Origin: Phoronis australis
Taxonomy: Eukaryota > Animalia > Phoronida
Length of the DNA stretch: 64,000 nt
Reading direction: 5' to 3'
NCBI GenBank assembly: GCA_002633005.1
Contig: NMRA01000446.1
Location: forward strand, 1-64,000
How positions within the stretch are numbered: position 1 is the stretch's first letter; every line of letters begins with the position of its first letter. The notes under the pieces were generated by a model that was given only the letters and a program-made list of their open reading frames with translations, searched no databases and was not told the DNA's origin. This document shows positions 24,901 through 36,432 of this stretch, piece by piece. Position numbers and translations under genes: made by a program.

Positions 24901-27900
24901 ACACATCTGCCAAATCTCATCAAGAACCTGTGAGGGGTTTGGCAGATACAGCTGCGGACGTCGGACGACAGACGCCGGACGCCCAGACAGAGATGACGGC
25001 AATATGCTCCTACATGTACCAATATGTGGGCGCATAAAAACATCACAAACCATGTAAAAGGCAACAAAACTAGTGGTGGGGAGAAGTGAACAAAGAATTG
25101 TCTGCTTTCAAGCGATTCCAGAGGAAAAACTGACGGCAACTGTTTTATAGGTATCATGAACAATGTAACTCCAACTACACCTCTGTTGTGTGTAGCATTA
25201 TTGTAATTAAGGGTTTGTTACACCTCTGTTGTGTATAGCATTATTGTCAAAATAAATATTGATTAAGTAATTAGTTAGAATAGATGAATTTCAAGTTGCC
25301 AAAAAGTTGTTCATATGTACTTTTAAATCATGAGGTCAGACTTGTTGACATGTACTTTAACGTCAAATCTATTTTTAGATGGTGTTTACAACTTTGGATT
25401 CTGGGGTCAAAGTACCTAGAGATTCTAGAAAATTCTGAGAACAAACTGTAACAGTCAATGATATGGTTGGATATGATCATGTGGTTTTGACTAACCAATC
25501 ACTAAATAAGTACAATGTTATTGTATGGGCTGAAGTCAAAAACAAATTCAGATGCGCTATAGTAGTTGAAGCATAAAGACTTGCTACAGTGTACAAAGGA
25601 AATTGTACAACAGAGCCATCTCGTGGAAGATTCTAGAAAGGATCTTGGCAAGGGCAAGGGTTAACGAACAGGAATTTAACTAAGAGCTTGTCACTTGCAT
25701 CGTGGGTAGTAAGATACTAGCTGGAGTGTTGCGTCACCAGAGACTGGGACCAGCAAGAAGAATCACGTGGGTAGAAGACACTGCCTGCAAGTGTTGCATC
25801 ACCAGAGACGGTGATCAGCAAGTACACTGTCACAATACAGTGTGTGTAGTTCGAAGATTCACCAACAGGACAGTCATCTAACAAGTAGAGAGTCCTAGCT
25901 TGGATAGCAGATAAGACATTTGGCTATTTTGGTTGATTGATTGAAGTAATCTCTAAAGAGGGCACTAGCGTAGTTTCTCTTCTTTGTAGTTGATTACTTA
26001 ATTAACAATAGGTTTCACTTGTCTAATTAGGGGTTATCATATAATAAATTAATTACTGAATTTGATTATTCACTCTCCATCTACACACAATCTCAAAGCA
26101 AAGCTACCTTTTAAACAAACCAACAATCAATCTCTGATAATTATTATGATTAAGGGCCTGCTACACCAGTGTGATCCAAGAACGAGAACCTGTTAACGAT
26201 GTGCAGAGTTTAATTTCGACTATAAAAAACTTTATAGGCTGAGTTTTAATGGATCAGAGTTGTGACATGAATGAGCCCACGGTTATAGTGCAGGTTTGGC
26301 TCGGCATATGCCTGGTGCATTAACTGTGAATGAACTACAAGCTTAAACATCTAAAATTATTCATATCTCGAAAATATATCAGCCAATTAATTATTGAACA
26401 AGGTTGATAACCCCATGAGTAGCAAATTTCATTAGAAGCATTGTTCAGAATCTACAACAGTATTGGCTTCACTTGATTGACTTCGCCAAGATATGGATTG
26501 CTTTGTAAGCTGGAAGTCCTGATGGAGGACCAATCAAGTGGCTCAGCTGGTTGCCAGGTGGAACCGGGGGAACCGGTGGAACCGGTGAAGTCCATCAAGT
26601 GCAGAAAGTTCACTATAAAATTAAAATTTGCGTGAAATTTCTCATTCAGATTTGTCTGCTTTAGGAGTACATCAAAAAGTGTTTATTAAGTACAGGAGGC
26701 ACGAGTGAATTAAAACAAAACTAACCAGGAATGTCTGTGAACAGTGGTTGAATATTTTGAGGTAGGGCTGCAGCACGTCGAAGTGAAATGCATTTGTCAG
26801 CAATCTCCTGTCTCGAAACCATCTCCCGCCTCTCGACGTTATCAAACCCTCACCTAAGAATAAACGTGAACATATAATGAAGACTTGCTGAGATGTGACA
26901 CACAGCATAATCATGTCTGATGGAAAGAAATCCACGTTAAGTAGTACGCCCACTGTGACGAGTCTCGTTCATTACTATCGATGACATCCGGAACTCATCA
27001 TTTCGTAGCTCTCTCGGTGGGCGTATTTCTCAAATGTGTATAATTAACACTCAGTTACCTGAATTATGGAGAAACTCGAGCAGAAATTCGTGTCCATTCT
27101 TTCTATACTGCATAAATAAATAGCTAACCATACTCTATAATTTTAAAAGTTACATGACATAGTTTCAAACATTAATTATGTCCAATTAAGAAACATTGTC
27201 GCCTACGAAAATATGACGCAGTGTTCCGGCAGCCGACTAGAAATGAGCTTTGTCACAGAGGCATGCTGCAAGTATGGCGGAGGTGAAACTTTGTTTACGC
27301 GTGTGGATAATTAATTTCAAAGATCAGACAACGACAAAAGCGAACTCGGAATTATACTAATCATGATAGTTTGCATTCTGGTCATGCGCAGAAAAAAAAC
27401 GTCTATTTGCAAAGATCGACATTCCCTGGCTGGTGGTATACACGTGCAACCAGAACCCCAGTTTCACTTCATATACCCCCTGTAAGCATGTCATGCTGAA
27501 ATAGATGTGTGCACCAAATTCTAACTCATGAACGTTGGCTGTGCTCGTATAGGGTGGGAAGAATAGGGATTTTGGAAATGTCATTTAAGATTGACTGCGT
27601 CACTCTGACTGGTCATGTACGGGAGAATAGCTGGCTTTGGAAACCATTCAAAATCTTTCATACGGTGATGAGTGAAAAAACTGTTGGAGGAACGTCTAGT
27701 GGTGGAACGTAACTTGATTCGATAATCGGATGATTTATCATGTGTTGAAGTAGAATAACAGCAAACACCTTCCAATTTTAAAATGTTTGACAATCTTTCG
27801 CTAACAATTCAAAGGTAGTGATATGTATATCACAACGCACATATCTTACCTAGCCAAGGCTTCAAGAAATCGTAAACCGCGCCCTTGCCGTCCGATCTTT

Positions 27901-30326
27901 TCAAGATAATCTTTATCACGTCTGGGTGGTAAGTGACGAGCACGCCGCGGGCGGGTCCGATCCACATTGCATGACAATACTTGAATTCTTTGACAAATGG
28001 CATAAGGAAGTTGTCCATGCAGTCACAGTTGAAGCGTTTGTACTAAATTGAGAACATTCTTGTATTTACTTCTACGTGCAGACAACGGTAAAATTACGGT
28101 CCTCGCTCACCTAAAGTAAAAGTTCCTGAGGAGTTTATCAACATGGGGGACATCTACCTGCACGTCACCACCAGCTACAGCTGGCTACAACTCCATACCG
28201 AATACCCACCAACTACAGCCGCGTGGTCACAATACACTCCATAGCGAGTACCCACCAACTACAGCCGCTTGGTCACAATACACTCCATACTGAGAACCCA
28301 CCAACTACAGCCGCCTGGTCACAATACACTCTATACCGAGTACCCACTGACTACAGGCACCTAGTCACAATACACACCATACTGAGTGCCCATAAACTAC
28401 AGCCGCCAGGTCACAATACACTCCATAGCGAGTTCCCACCAACTACAGCCGCCTGGTCACAATACACTCCATACCGGGTACCCACCCGCCAACTACAGCC
28501 GCGTGGTCACAATACTCTCCATACCGGGTACCCACCAACTACAACTGCCTGGTCACAAAACACTCCATACAGAGTATCCACCAAGTCAGACTTTCCCATT
28601 TGTTACAAAATCAAAGCTGAAACAAAAAGAAATTGTTGTTATCTGCAATTTTTTTCATTGGCAAAACTACAGGGCCCGGGATTAGGAGACGTGACCAGAA
28701 AAAATAAAGCCTTTGTTTTTCGGATCCACGCACTATCAAGACTATCAATTTATTGAGTAGTACTTTTCTGAAAACATAAGCCAGATGCATATACCTTTGC
28801 AACACTTAATTTCCACCATATCTGAAATTGAGCATTGAATTTTATTAGGATATTCTCAAAATTGTAAAGTATTGAGAAATTTTCACTTTAAAAATGAACT
28901 TCAGCATTTCTCGCTATCACCTTGACAATGAGGTTAAGGTTGACAAATTCAAATGGCACTCGGGGAAAATCCACCCACATCCTTAAACAAAATATGAACA
29001 AAATTTCAAGCAACCTTTTTAAAATATTGCGCCAAAAACATTTTCACTCGTGGTAAGCCTTATTTTCTCATTTTTTTCTTATGTTGTGCCTGTTTGCCCA
29101 GTAGCTTTTGCCATTCAGATATTAATCTTAAAAGTCATTTTGACTACTTCATATCAAAAATAATGTAAAACATTCCTCCCAGACAAGTAAAAAGTAACCT
29201 TGCTTAATCTTCATTAAAATCGGTACACAATGAGTTTTAATGCATTCTCAAATGATAGCCTTTCAACGTGACGTGAACTTTTTTCAAAATATATAGAACA
29301 CTTTTTCATGATTCTAAGCTACACTTGACTGAAAAAATCTTCAATAATTTGATTACTTTTTCCACACCCCTCGAAACACTACGAAAAATACTCCGACGAA
29401 TGTTATGCATGCAAACACAGTTTTGATCAGATTTAAGATAAAATATTTTGTAACTTGAGCTAAACCGTTTCAACTTTTTGTCCATCTGCCAAGGATTTCT
29501 TACTCGGGGAGTTGGAGTGGTACTTGGAGTGGGTGTATAATCTTCATCTACCGCATGTAACAGAAATGCGTTTCTCAGCTTATGATTGGCTAAGTGCTGT
29601 TGGTTACAATGACTTCCACTGCTCAATATAAGTGACAGTTTTATCCATATTAACTTCGTTTTTAAGGAGAATGTGCAACTTAAACGTTGGAACTTTTTAA
29701 ATGACGAATTGGAAATACAAGGTAGAAAATTGTCAAGCGGAAATAGTCCACTCACGAAATGTTTTGCCACAAACAATTGACTATTAACTAAGATAAACCT
29801 CTAAGTTTAAAAATTACAAGTTCAGCAGCTGTATATTAAACTAGGGTGAACTCTATTTGTCACGAATTGGAAAATGTCAGGACTGTTTTGGATAGAGTTT
29901 GATAGTAATTGATACTGTACAGGCAATGAATTTCACGTCAAGGGCGTAGCTAGCCATATTATTTGTACAAGACCAACAAACCATGTGGTTGTGATTCATT
30001 TTGTGGCTGTGACATTGGTGTGCACTATTTTTATCATATTTTGAAAAATAAATTATAATTAAAAAATAGTTTAGAGTTTCACTTTTCATTTTTGTGTACG
30101 AGTCATGTATGCATTTGTGTACATGGTTGCTTCGACCCTGCACCTGCCAAGCAACTACCTTTAGTATGTCTACTGAGCCCCACAACCAGTGTCTCTTGAT
30201 CTGCGGAAAATGTTGAAGACTTTCTTCGTTCCGCGCCCTCTGGCGAAGAAGTAGTGTTATTTTGTGCACCAACCATGCTGTCACACAACACACAACAGCG
30301 CCGAAGATGAGGCTTGCATTTAACAT
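6802..30326 (-). CDS. CYP4: Cytochrome P450, CYP4 clan; 12 coding exons, 510 aa, apparently intact
   Basis: Exons: 30326-30159, 28042-27850, 26853-26726, 22561-22434, 17672-17610, 16687-16552, 15038-14903, 10758-10629, 10046-9851, 9267-9185, 8811-8746, 6907-6802. They sum to 1533 nt with GT-AG junctions and matching phases. Motifs: N-terminal TM anchor, PWLGEGL, Wxxx[14 protein letters not shown], ExxR (KESTR), PERF, heme motif FSAGPRNCIG. Confidence 0.95.
6995..8534 (+). mobile_element. Helentron-associated (HINE-like) non-autonomous element with internal repeats
   Basis: Starts AAACAAGAG and ends with the hairpin ATATGCACCCACAT...ATGTGGGCACAT plus AAAAA. Internal GCCACTAGGGG-bearing units; homologous to 24026-25040 at both ends. 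Confidence 0.65.
8746..8811 (-). CDS. CYP4: CYP4 exon 11 ([21 protein letters not shown])
   Basis: Heme-ligand Cys; TTTTACAG acceptor, GTAGGT donor. Confidence 0.95.
9185..9267 (-). CDS. CYP4: CYP4 exon 10 (KFNPERF...FIPFSAGPR)
   Basis: PERF and first half of the heme motif; 83 nt. Confidence 0.96.
9303..9358. repeat. 19-bp tandem repeat x3
   Basis: TCAGG(A/G)TCCC(A/G)TGCAAAG(G) repeated, about 35 nt from the exon 10 acceptor. Confidence 0.85.
9851..10046 (-). CDS. CYP4: CYP4 exon 9 ([24 protein letters not shown]...[12 protein letters not shown])
   Basis: ExxR and LHHNP motifs; GTGAGT donor. Confidence 0.95.
10629..10758 (-). CDS. CYP4: CYP4 exon 8 ([23 protein letters not shown]...EITW)
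   Basis: I/J helices; TTTTAAG acceptor, GTAAGC donor; 130 nt. Confidence 0.95.
10838..14256 (+). mobile_element. Kolobok-like non-autonomous DNA transposon with a THAP-domain relic (CYP4 intron 7)
   Basis: TTAA flanks at 10834-10837 and 14257-14260; TIR AGGAGAATGCC(A/G)CC. 11722-11823 encodes [34 protein letters not shown], then a GTAAGG donor (THAP exon 1 with the second Cys lost). Confidence 0.8.
14903..15038 (-). CDS. CYP4: CYP4 exon 7 ([36 protein letters not shown])
   Basis: Classic CYP4 H/I-helix sequence; CAG acceptor, GTAGGT donor. Confidence 0.95.
15218..15291. repeat. 37-bp tandem duplication
   Basis: AGGAGTGAGTGACCCCATTTCCATTACGTCACATTCA x2. Confidence 0.9.
15635..15736. repeat. 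26-bp minisatellite x4
   Basis: TAGTG(T/A)GGTGGGACGCAGGACAAA(G/T)G units. Confidence 0.9.
15803..15943. repeat. About 46-bp minisatellite x3
   Basis: CTGATTAGTGTACCACATTGTGG...GGGACTGAAGCGT units. Confidence 0.85.
15944..16099 (+). mobile_element. Family-A MITE (CAG..CTG termini, 5-bp TSD; hAT5-like)
   Basis: TIR CAGAGGCGGAT/ATCCGCCACTG; perfect TSD GTCTC at 15939-15943 and 16100-16104. Confidence 0.85.
16552..16687 (-). CDS. CYP4: CYP4 exon 6 (LDRNPLF...[19 protein letters not shown])
   Basis: G-helix CxxVH...IIxxR; TTTACAG acceptor, GTATGT donor. Confidence 0.92.
17610..17672 (-). CDS. CYP4: CYP4 exon 5 ([20 protein letters not shown])
   Basis: 63 nt, HPYxxAV F-helix motif; TATTTTCAG acceptor, GTGAGT donor; phase 2 to 2. 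Confidence 0.9.
19500..21700 (-). mobile_element. Academ-like DNA transposon relic, internally deleted (ends not resolved)
   Basis: KDLVA*EAKCHRSCY near 20190-20145; [10 protein letters not shown]...LKKRLLK. C-terminal LPPNKDS...W...[27 protein letters not shown] is a Cys-rich tail resembling XPG-type Academ transposases. Confidence 0.6.
20192..21226 (-). mobile_element. Open ORF with an intact non-LTR retrotransposon (I/Ingi/Nimb-type) RNase H domain and no RT
   Basis: ATDGS, MEFEAI, ATDS, VPGHAG, NERAD: all four catalytic carboxylates and the His are present. Confidence 0.88.
22086..22324 (-). mobile_element. Family-B MITE
   Basis: Ends AAGCTGGGTGCGCGCACG; internal similarity to the reverse complement of 60642-60893. 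Confidence 0.65.
22434..22561 (-). CDS. CYP4: CYP4 exon 4 (EKIERH...[21 protein letters not shown])
   Basis: Not in the ORF track. E-helix TLD...CAFS motif; TTTCTAG acceptor, GTAAGT donor; phase 0 to 2. Confidence 0.93.
23208..23290. mobile_element. 83-bp MITE with a 9-bp TSD (Mutator-like)
   Basis: TIR CTCGCTGGTT/AACCAGCGAG; perfect TSD GTCTGAATA at 23199-23207 and 23291-23299. Confidence 0.85.
24026..25040 (+). mobile_element. Second HINE-like element
   Basis: AAACATGAG...GAGCGTTGAAATGCGC start and GACGGCAATATGCTCCTACATG...ATGTGGGCGCATAAAAA end, both matching 6995-8534. Confidence 0.65.
25164..26165 (+). mobile_element. Candidate solo LTR (about 1.0 kb)
   Basis: TGTAAC...ATTAAGGGCCTGCTACA termini and AATAAA about 120 nt before the end. 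TSD is unconvincing (ACAA/CCAG). Confidence 0.4.
26726..26853 (-). CDS. CYP4: CYP4 exon 3 ([31 protein letters not shown]...)
   Basis: C-helix WxxxR and AFHF motif; 128 nt; phase 1 to 0. Confidence 0.95.
27850..28042 (-). CDS. CYP4: CYP4 exon 2 (YKRF...YHPDVIK...YDFLKPWL)
   Basis: TTTAG acceptor, G|GTAAGA donor; phase 0 to 1. Confidence 0.92.
28168..28584. repeat. 46-bp minisatellite x about 9 (CYP4 intron 1)
   Basis: CCAACTACAGCCGCCTGGTCACAATACACTCCATACCGAGTACCCA consensus, contiguous units. Confidence 0.95.
30159..30326 (-). CDS. CYP4: CYP4 coding exon 1 (membrane anchor, MLNASLIFG...[11 protein letters not shown])
   Basis: Hydrophobic anchor and HWLWG motif; donor AAG|GTAGTT. An acceptor-like TTTTTGTAG 13 nt upstream of the ATG implies a further non-coding 5' exon. 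Confidence 0.88.
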
Positions 30327-30682
30327 TGGCTGGGTTTCTCTACAAAAAACAAGAAATCGTTATATCAAAGATACCCACCTCGGAGGCCATGCAGAGTCTA
30401 AGCTTGGTACTCATATCTGATAGGGGGTCACAATGTCATCCTTTCTACAAATTTTAAGATTCTTGATTTGACTTCTGAACCAAAATGCTCGTGAATGATC
30501 CTTTTCACTTTAACTTTCCACTTTATTCAACACGACAATAAGCGACCGGGGTGAGCCAACACTAGCATATGCGGCGGCCGCCATTATAAGATCGAGCAGG
30601 GTACACAATTTGGGACATTTCCCCCAAAATTATCCCTTTACGTGATACTTTCTTATTGAACCTGACTCGGTATGTCAGCCAT

Positions 30683-32860
30683 TTTTTATAATGTTTATTA
30701 CGAAATCTTTGATACAATGAATATCCATAACCCAGAAAGCGCCAAGAGGCATTAGATCTGGGTTAAAAAGTACAAAGAAATCTATATACAATTATTTTAC
30801 ACAAATACTTTAAAAAAATCTGTAAACAATTAATTTACACAAATACGATAATTAAAAACAAACTATTGTTAAGATTACAAAGACATTGATTACGAAAGTA
30901 AATAAATCATTTTCATACACTTTTATACAATTCTATCCACTCACACAAAGAGATTTAATATTATAAAGAAATTTTGATACTATTTCGTTTGGGTTGAGTT
31001 CTTGACTAATTTTGTTGTACACTTGCGGAATTTCAGAATATTTTTTTATAAATATTGGGGTATTGTTCGAGTGTCTGGAAAAGCTGTACCCTCTGCTCCT
31101 TGCATACCTCACAAGCGTCTCCACAGCAACACAGAGGCGAAATATTATTAAAATTATGTCTAAATTTCTCGTTGTTTCGGAATAGACCGCATCTTGATCT
31201 GTAAAGGATTATTTCGTGGTTGCGAGGAAGTTGGAACGATGTCAATGGGACTGGCAACTCTTGAGTAGTAGTATGCATTTTAAAGTTAGTTTTTAGAGTG
31301 ACGATTGAAGTGCTTTCTTTTATTTTGGATGGTAAGGAATTCCAGTTGTCAATACAAGTTAATATGGTAGATTTCCTAAAGGCTTGGCTGAGGAAAGATG
31401 GAATAGTGTGCATATTACTTTGCCGCAGTCCTGGTCTCGTGTTATGTCTTTTGTAGGAGTCAAAAAGGATTTCGTTTGAGTAATTGTTTATGTTGGTTAA
31501 GACTTTGAATGTATACATGGACAAGTGGAGTTTACGACGGGTTGCTAGTTTGCTCCAGATGAGACTGTTTAGAACCTTGATTGTGTTGGACCCTTTGTAT
31601 GCTCCTGTTATGGCTAAAGCTGCTTGGTATTGTAGTCTTTCTAGTTGAAGAAGTATGCCATCGTTTGCCGATTGGTAAATTATGTCACAGTAATCTAGAT
31701 GTGGAAGTACAAAAGACTTGAACAGAGTTTCAAGATGCATGGAGTTGAGATGACGAGAGACTATTCTAACTGGATTGATTAATTTTTGTACTTTGTGAAC
31801 GAGTTCGCGACAGTGATGAGTAAATGTAAGCTTGTGGTATAGTGGCAATCCAGGGTGCTTGTGTACGAACTTATTAGGAGTAACTTCCCCATTGAGTGAT
31901 AATTCCAGCATTGGATTTGTTTGGAATTGAGTATTATTAGACTTAGAAAATATAAGATCAACACTTTTTTCAGGTTTAAATTTCATCTTCCATTTGCAAG
32001 ACCAGTCATAGAGTTTTTTTAGGTCAGTTTGCAATTGTAAGGAGTCATAGCTATTCTCTTTTGAGAATGGGTAGAAAATTGCAGTGTCATCAACATACAT
32101 GTATAAGAATGTTTTAGATTTTATTGTGTCTGGAAGATCATTGATGTACAATAAAAAGAGTAAGGGGCCTAGTACGCTACCCTGTGGTACTCCAGCATTT
32201 ACAAAACCTGGCGTTGATGAGCGTGATAAGACACCCTCTATTCGGACTTTGTAAGTTCGACATTCCAGATATGATTTTAAAAGTGAGAAGAGATTTCTGG
32301 AAAAACCGTAAGATTGTAATTTATGTAGAAGCAGATCATGGGGAACGACATCAAAAGCTGACGCAATGTCTAAGAATACGGATCTCACGTTGTATCCTTG
32401 CTCAAACTGGAGGTGGACTTCGTGTAAAATTTCTGTAAGTTGGGACACAGTGCTGTTACCAGGCATGAATCCGAATTGGCAACGCTATATGAGGTTTTGT
32501 GAAGAGAGGTGGTCAAACATGTGTTGAGAAATTATTTTTTCTAAAATTTTGGATAGGGTGTTAAGTAGAGTTATGGGGCGATAGTTGGCAATGTCTGTTT
32601 TGGAGTTCTTTTTGTGTATTGGTATCATAACACCAAGTTTCCAGTTCAAAGGAAATTTTCCAGATTGTAGTATTTTGTTATATAATGTTGTCAGAGGAAC
32701 TGTAAGCTCTCTTGCTCTTATATTGATAATTTTATTGGTTATGAGATTGGTACCGTCGTTTTTGTTTTCGTCAATATTTTCTAGTAGTTTTCGGACTTCA
32801 GATGGTTGGGCTTGTATGTCAGAGAGAAGTTCTAATGTTCTGCTTGGGAATTCGGGAAAG
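30683..32860 (-). mobile_element. 5'-truncated CR1/L2-group LINE (reverse transcriptase)
   Basis: NYRPITLL, QFGFMPGNST, VFLDIASAFDVV, GVPQGSVLGPLLFLLYIND, YVDDT, LDYCDIIY. 3'UTR hairpin AACCCAGA..TCTGGGTT, AATAAA and an A-rich tail near 30683-30700. Frameshifted just upstream of 32466. Confidence 0.93.
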
Positions 32861-32972
32861 CAGCAATCGCGTGTGGACCTCGAAAACAGTCTTCCTTCTT
32901 GTGATAATTACCAGACACGTTACCAACACAGTATTTTTAATTCGCCTTTCATCACAAAAATAACTTGTGATT

Positions 32973-33832
32973 TACGGTAAAAACTTCCGAATTTAGGACA
33001 GCAAAAAATTACTTTGAACCTGTCCGAAATTTTAGAAATAGGAAATATTGGCCGTCCGAAATTCGAGAAATACAGGTACAGTATGAGAAAGATGGCAAAA
33101 TCGACGGTGTCCGAAAGCTTACCGCCCACACCCAAAAATTTCAAATTTTATTTTTAAGCACTACGCTCGGCTTACGTTCACCCCTATTTTTCATGATCTT
33201 GACTTTATTGAAAATGTGTGAACGTTCGCCGCACAAAACTAAGATTCAAGCACGCCCACTGTCATTGTAAGATGGTTTAAGAGCGGTGTTGGCTGTTCAA
33301 ACTCAAAAAGAAATATACAGTGTAAATAAAATGTTACAATGTGCAAACTAGGTTCAAAGTATTAGGACCTGTTAATCATTAGCACATAATTATTTGGTTG
33401 CCAAAGTGTCTAGCGGGCAGCAAAATCGCGCGCTTCCTTTAGAAATAGCGGAGTCTTGCGTGATTTTGCTATTCTCTCAATAAACTTGCCCTACTGAACA
33501 CATGTCGGTCTAAGAGATGACGAGCAGCGACCGACGGAGGTAAAAACCCAATCACGATCGGGATCACGGCACCACTGTGTCGTTTGGGCTATGCCACTTC
33601 AGGCTGTCGAAGTCCGTTACTTCAATCCGACGACGCATATTTTAACTGATATACGACGTCAGTGTAGCTCTGTGAGGGTAAAAATCATCAAAAGTCATCC
33701 GCCCAGTAATCGCCCACTCCCAGCTTTTCAAAAATTTCGATTTTAACCGCCCATGCTCGGCTTACCGCCACCCCGTTTTTTGGGATTCCCAATTTAAGCA
33801 CCCTTAGGCGATAACCCGAACGAGTACGGGTA
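32973..33832. mobile_element. Cluster of Tc1/pogo-type MITE fragments
   Basis: TAC(G/A)GTA-type ends, repeated TCCGAAATT motifs, and GCTCGGCTTAC subterminal repeats near 33165 and 33755. Confidence 0.45.
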
Positions 33833-35172
33833 AAATACAAAACAGGTTAGTAAATAGATTGTCAGTGGGGAAACATAATGATATATTTACAACATGAACA
33901 TTTTAACGTCTACTGGAAACTAGGACATGGATTTTTGCTTTTCACAAAATCTGTTTTAACTTGACACTGAACAACATCGTTTCGCCATTTCGGCGCATAG
34001 CATAGACCTTATTCACGCCGACAGGAGGCGCGTTCCAAAACGAGGCTCGCTACGATAGCTCTGATGGCTTATCCGCGTAGTTGTACTCCGCGTTGCTCGA
34101 ACAGTTAGAAAATACGGACACTCAACTGTCTGTTTTACAATCCCTAAGGACGTTGGGATTCGGAAGCGTTGGGTCCTTGCCATAGGCCGCGACGAAGGAA
34201 AATATGTCCGTGTAAAATTTGTAACTGTTTTCGAATCATAATTTGTCGCATATCGGATGCCGCCATAGCAACGACGACCGGAGAATCTTCGGCCAGCCAT
34301 TCTGTGTTTTCATGACTATGAGTTGAAGGGTGATGCATTTTTCTTTACAAAAAGGACAGGGCCCTCAATCCCTCAATTTTGGGGCCAAATATCGGCCCTA
34401 CTCCCCTCTCAAAAATATTGAAAAATCCCGCGAAATTCCCGGTCCCACGAGGCCTAAAAATTCCCTTAGTGATTGAAAATTTCTCTCCAACGGTTCAAAT
34501 CACCTGTGAACACAGAGGTGACAATTTGAAAAAGTACAAAATCATAAGCGGATTTAGGGGGGGGGGGGCAGGCCCTTGGGCCTCCCCCCTCCCCTTGACT
34601 GCCGCAAGCAAAAAAAAAACAGCAAAACGTGAAGCGGGAGGACTGTCTGACTATACTGAGTTCTAGCTAGGACCGGTAGCGGACGAGGGAGGAGACATCG
34701 AGGATTTGCAAAAGTCTGGTCAAATGTTAGGCTTCGTGAGATTAATATTGTAGAAATCCCATGATATCGTTACAAGAATAAACAACGCATGTCATAATAG
34801 GTAATTATTTTAGGACAAATGACCCCCCAAACAACACAGAATGAAAGTTAAAGGAAATTCAAATATGGGCCCTGAAGCCAGATTAAGAGAGATTGGCCTT
34901 TAATGAGAGACTAGAAGCGTTGCTATTGTCGCAGTTTATGTTTTGTGTCGGAATTGGCCTTTTCAAGGGATTGTCCAACACGTTTTGTACTACCCTGTAT
35001 AGTTGCTGAAAACATGAACGTCCCATTTTATGACCCCGCTTTTCCTGTCAGTTAAGCATTCATGAATCATTGATAAGCCAGCTAAAAAGTGGGACACAGC
35101 GGCGTAGTTAGTTGTGTGATAGGTGACAAAGGCAGGTAGTGAACAGCACGATTGCATTCCTAACTAGTCCAT

Positions 35173-36432
35173 TACGGTATTCGCCCTCATCAGCGCCCAT
35201 GCCCCTATCCCGTACTCATTATCACTGAGACTTAGCTGAAACCAGCCCCAAACCCATGAACGTGTACAATGCAGGCCTTCATGCGAAAAATGACTAGTAC
35301 TAAAATTCTACGGTAACGTCTTCAATTTATCAACAAGATCGGCAATACTGAAATAATCATTATGTATGGAATTTCTAGACCACTAGCCTCTCCGATCGAT
35401 ACGTCGGTATATAGGCCATACACTTCAAACTTTCCCAGCAGTGCTGTAGTGGGGGGTAGGCGCACGTAGGCGCAGCCAACCACCTTTTGGCATTTGAACG
35501 TAACGCCTACGCACCGTAAGTAACTTACGTTCAGTGCTCAAGTTGATGCGTTGGACTCTGGGCCCCTACTTACCTCTGATTTTACCAATACAGCACTGTA
35601 ATCCCCCGTGTTAAAAGGAACGCAACAGTTTTGCTGATCTCGTGAGGAACATATCCCACTATACATATAATGGTCTGGCTTAGCTTTCAGAACAGACACA
35701 GCGTATAGTGCTCTTCTTGCCAAGGAGACTAAATATTTCACGTTCGGTTTCCAATTCTTCTTCCTCAACAGGATTTCAAATTTTGTTGTACACGTCAAAC
35801 CGCAAATCGTAGATGGTACTCGTTCAGTTTCACGAATAAGAAATTGGTGTTAAATGCACGTGGCCAGGAAGCCCACGCTGCATTCCAGTAAAAACAAACG
35901 TCACGTGACAACAACATAATAATTGTGTTTTCAGAGGTGTTCGTCCAGAGATTTTCCCCGTGTTTCGAGGTACAATCTTGCGCAGATTTGGACTTGACCT
36001 GTTGTTAATCCTAACTCCATGCGAATTTAAACATCTGAGGGACACTTTGGAAAAACATAATTGAGGATTTCGGGCAAATTTGTTGAGTCAAAACTGTTTA
36101 GTATTTTTATTCAAGTTGCCATATCGACGATCGCGAGGCAGTGGTGCATCGGCAAGTTTTCGCCCTGACATGTATTTCAGCACAATTTTTCTGTAAATTG
36201 ATCGTAATTCAAACGATGAAGTTTGGTAGCCAACTTGAAATGCACCACAGTTTTGGAGAAAGTCTGACATAGGTTACAGATACGCTACAGAACGTAAATT
36301 TGATAAATCCTGGCTTCCAATTTCACCACTTTACAGAGTCCGGGTTTCGATCATCCGCCTTAGATTATAATAAGCGCCCCCCTGAAACGAATTTGTTCAA
36401 GTGGCCGGGCGCTTATTAGGGCCAATACGGTA
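35173..36432. mobile_element. Tc1/pogo-type non-autonomous element (TA target)
   Basis: Left TACGGTATTCGCCCTCATCAGCGCCC versus right (reverse complement) TACCGTATTGGCCCTAATAAGCGCCC: 22/26 identical. Confidence 0.7.

Noticed and set aside
28168-28756. CRISPR-like array or repetitive ORFs (177 aa, 99 aa)
   Set aside because: Contiguous 46-bp units without unique spacers, no cas genes, inside a eukaryotic intron; the ORFs are by-products of the repeat.
29306-29776. 156-aa minus-strand ORF in CYP4 intron 1
   Set aside because: Non-ATG start, no recognisable motif, not needed by the gene model.
32585-32980. 131-aa plus-strand ORF
   Set aside because: Antisense shadow of the LINE ORF2.
35175-35200. 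CUGAUGA...GAA hammerhead-like string on the minus strand
   Set aside because: No stem II and GAAU instead of GAAA; explained as the left TIR of the pogo-type element.
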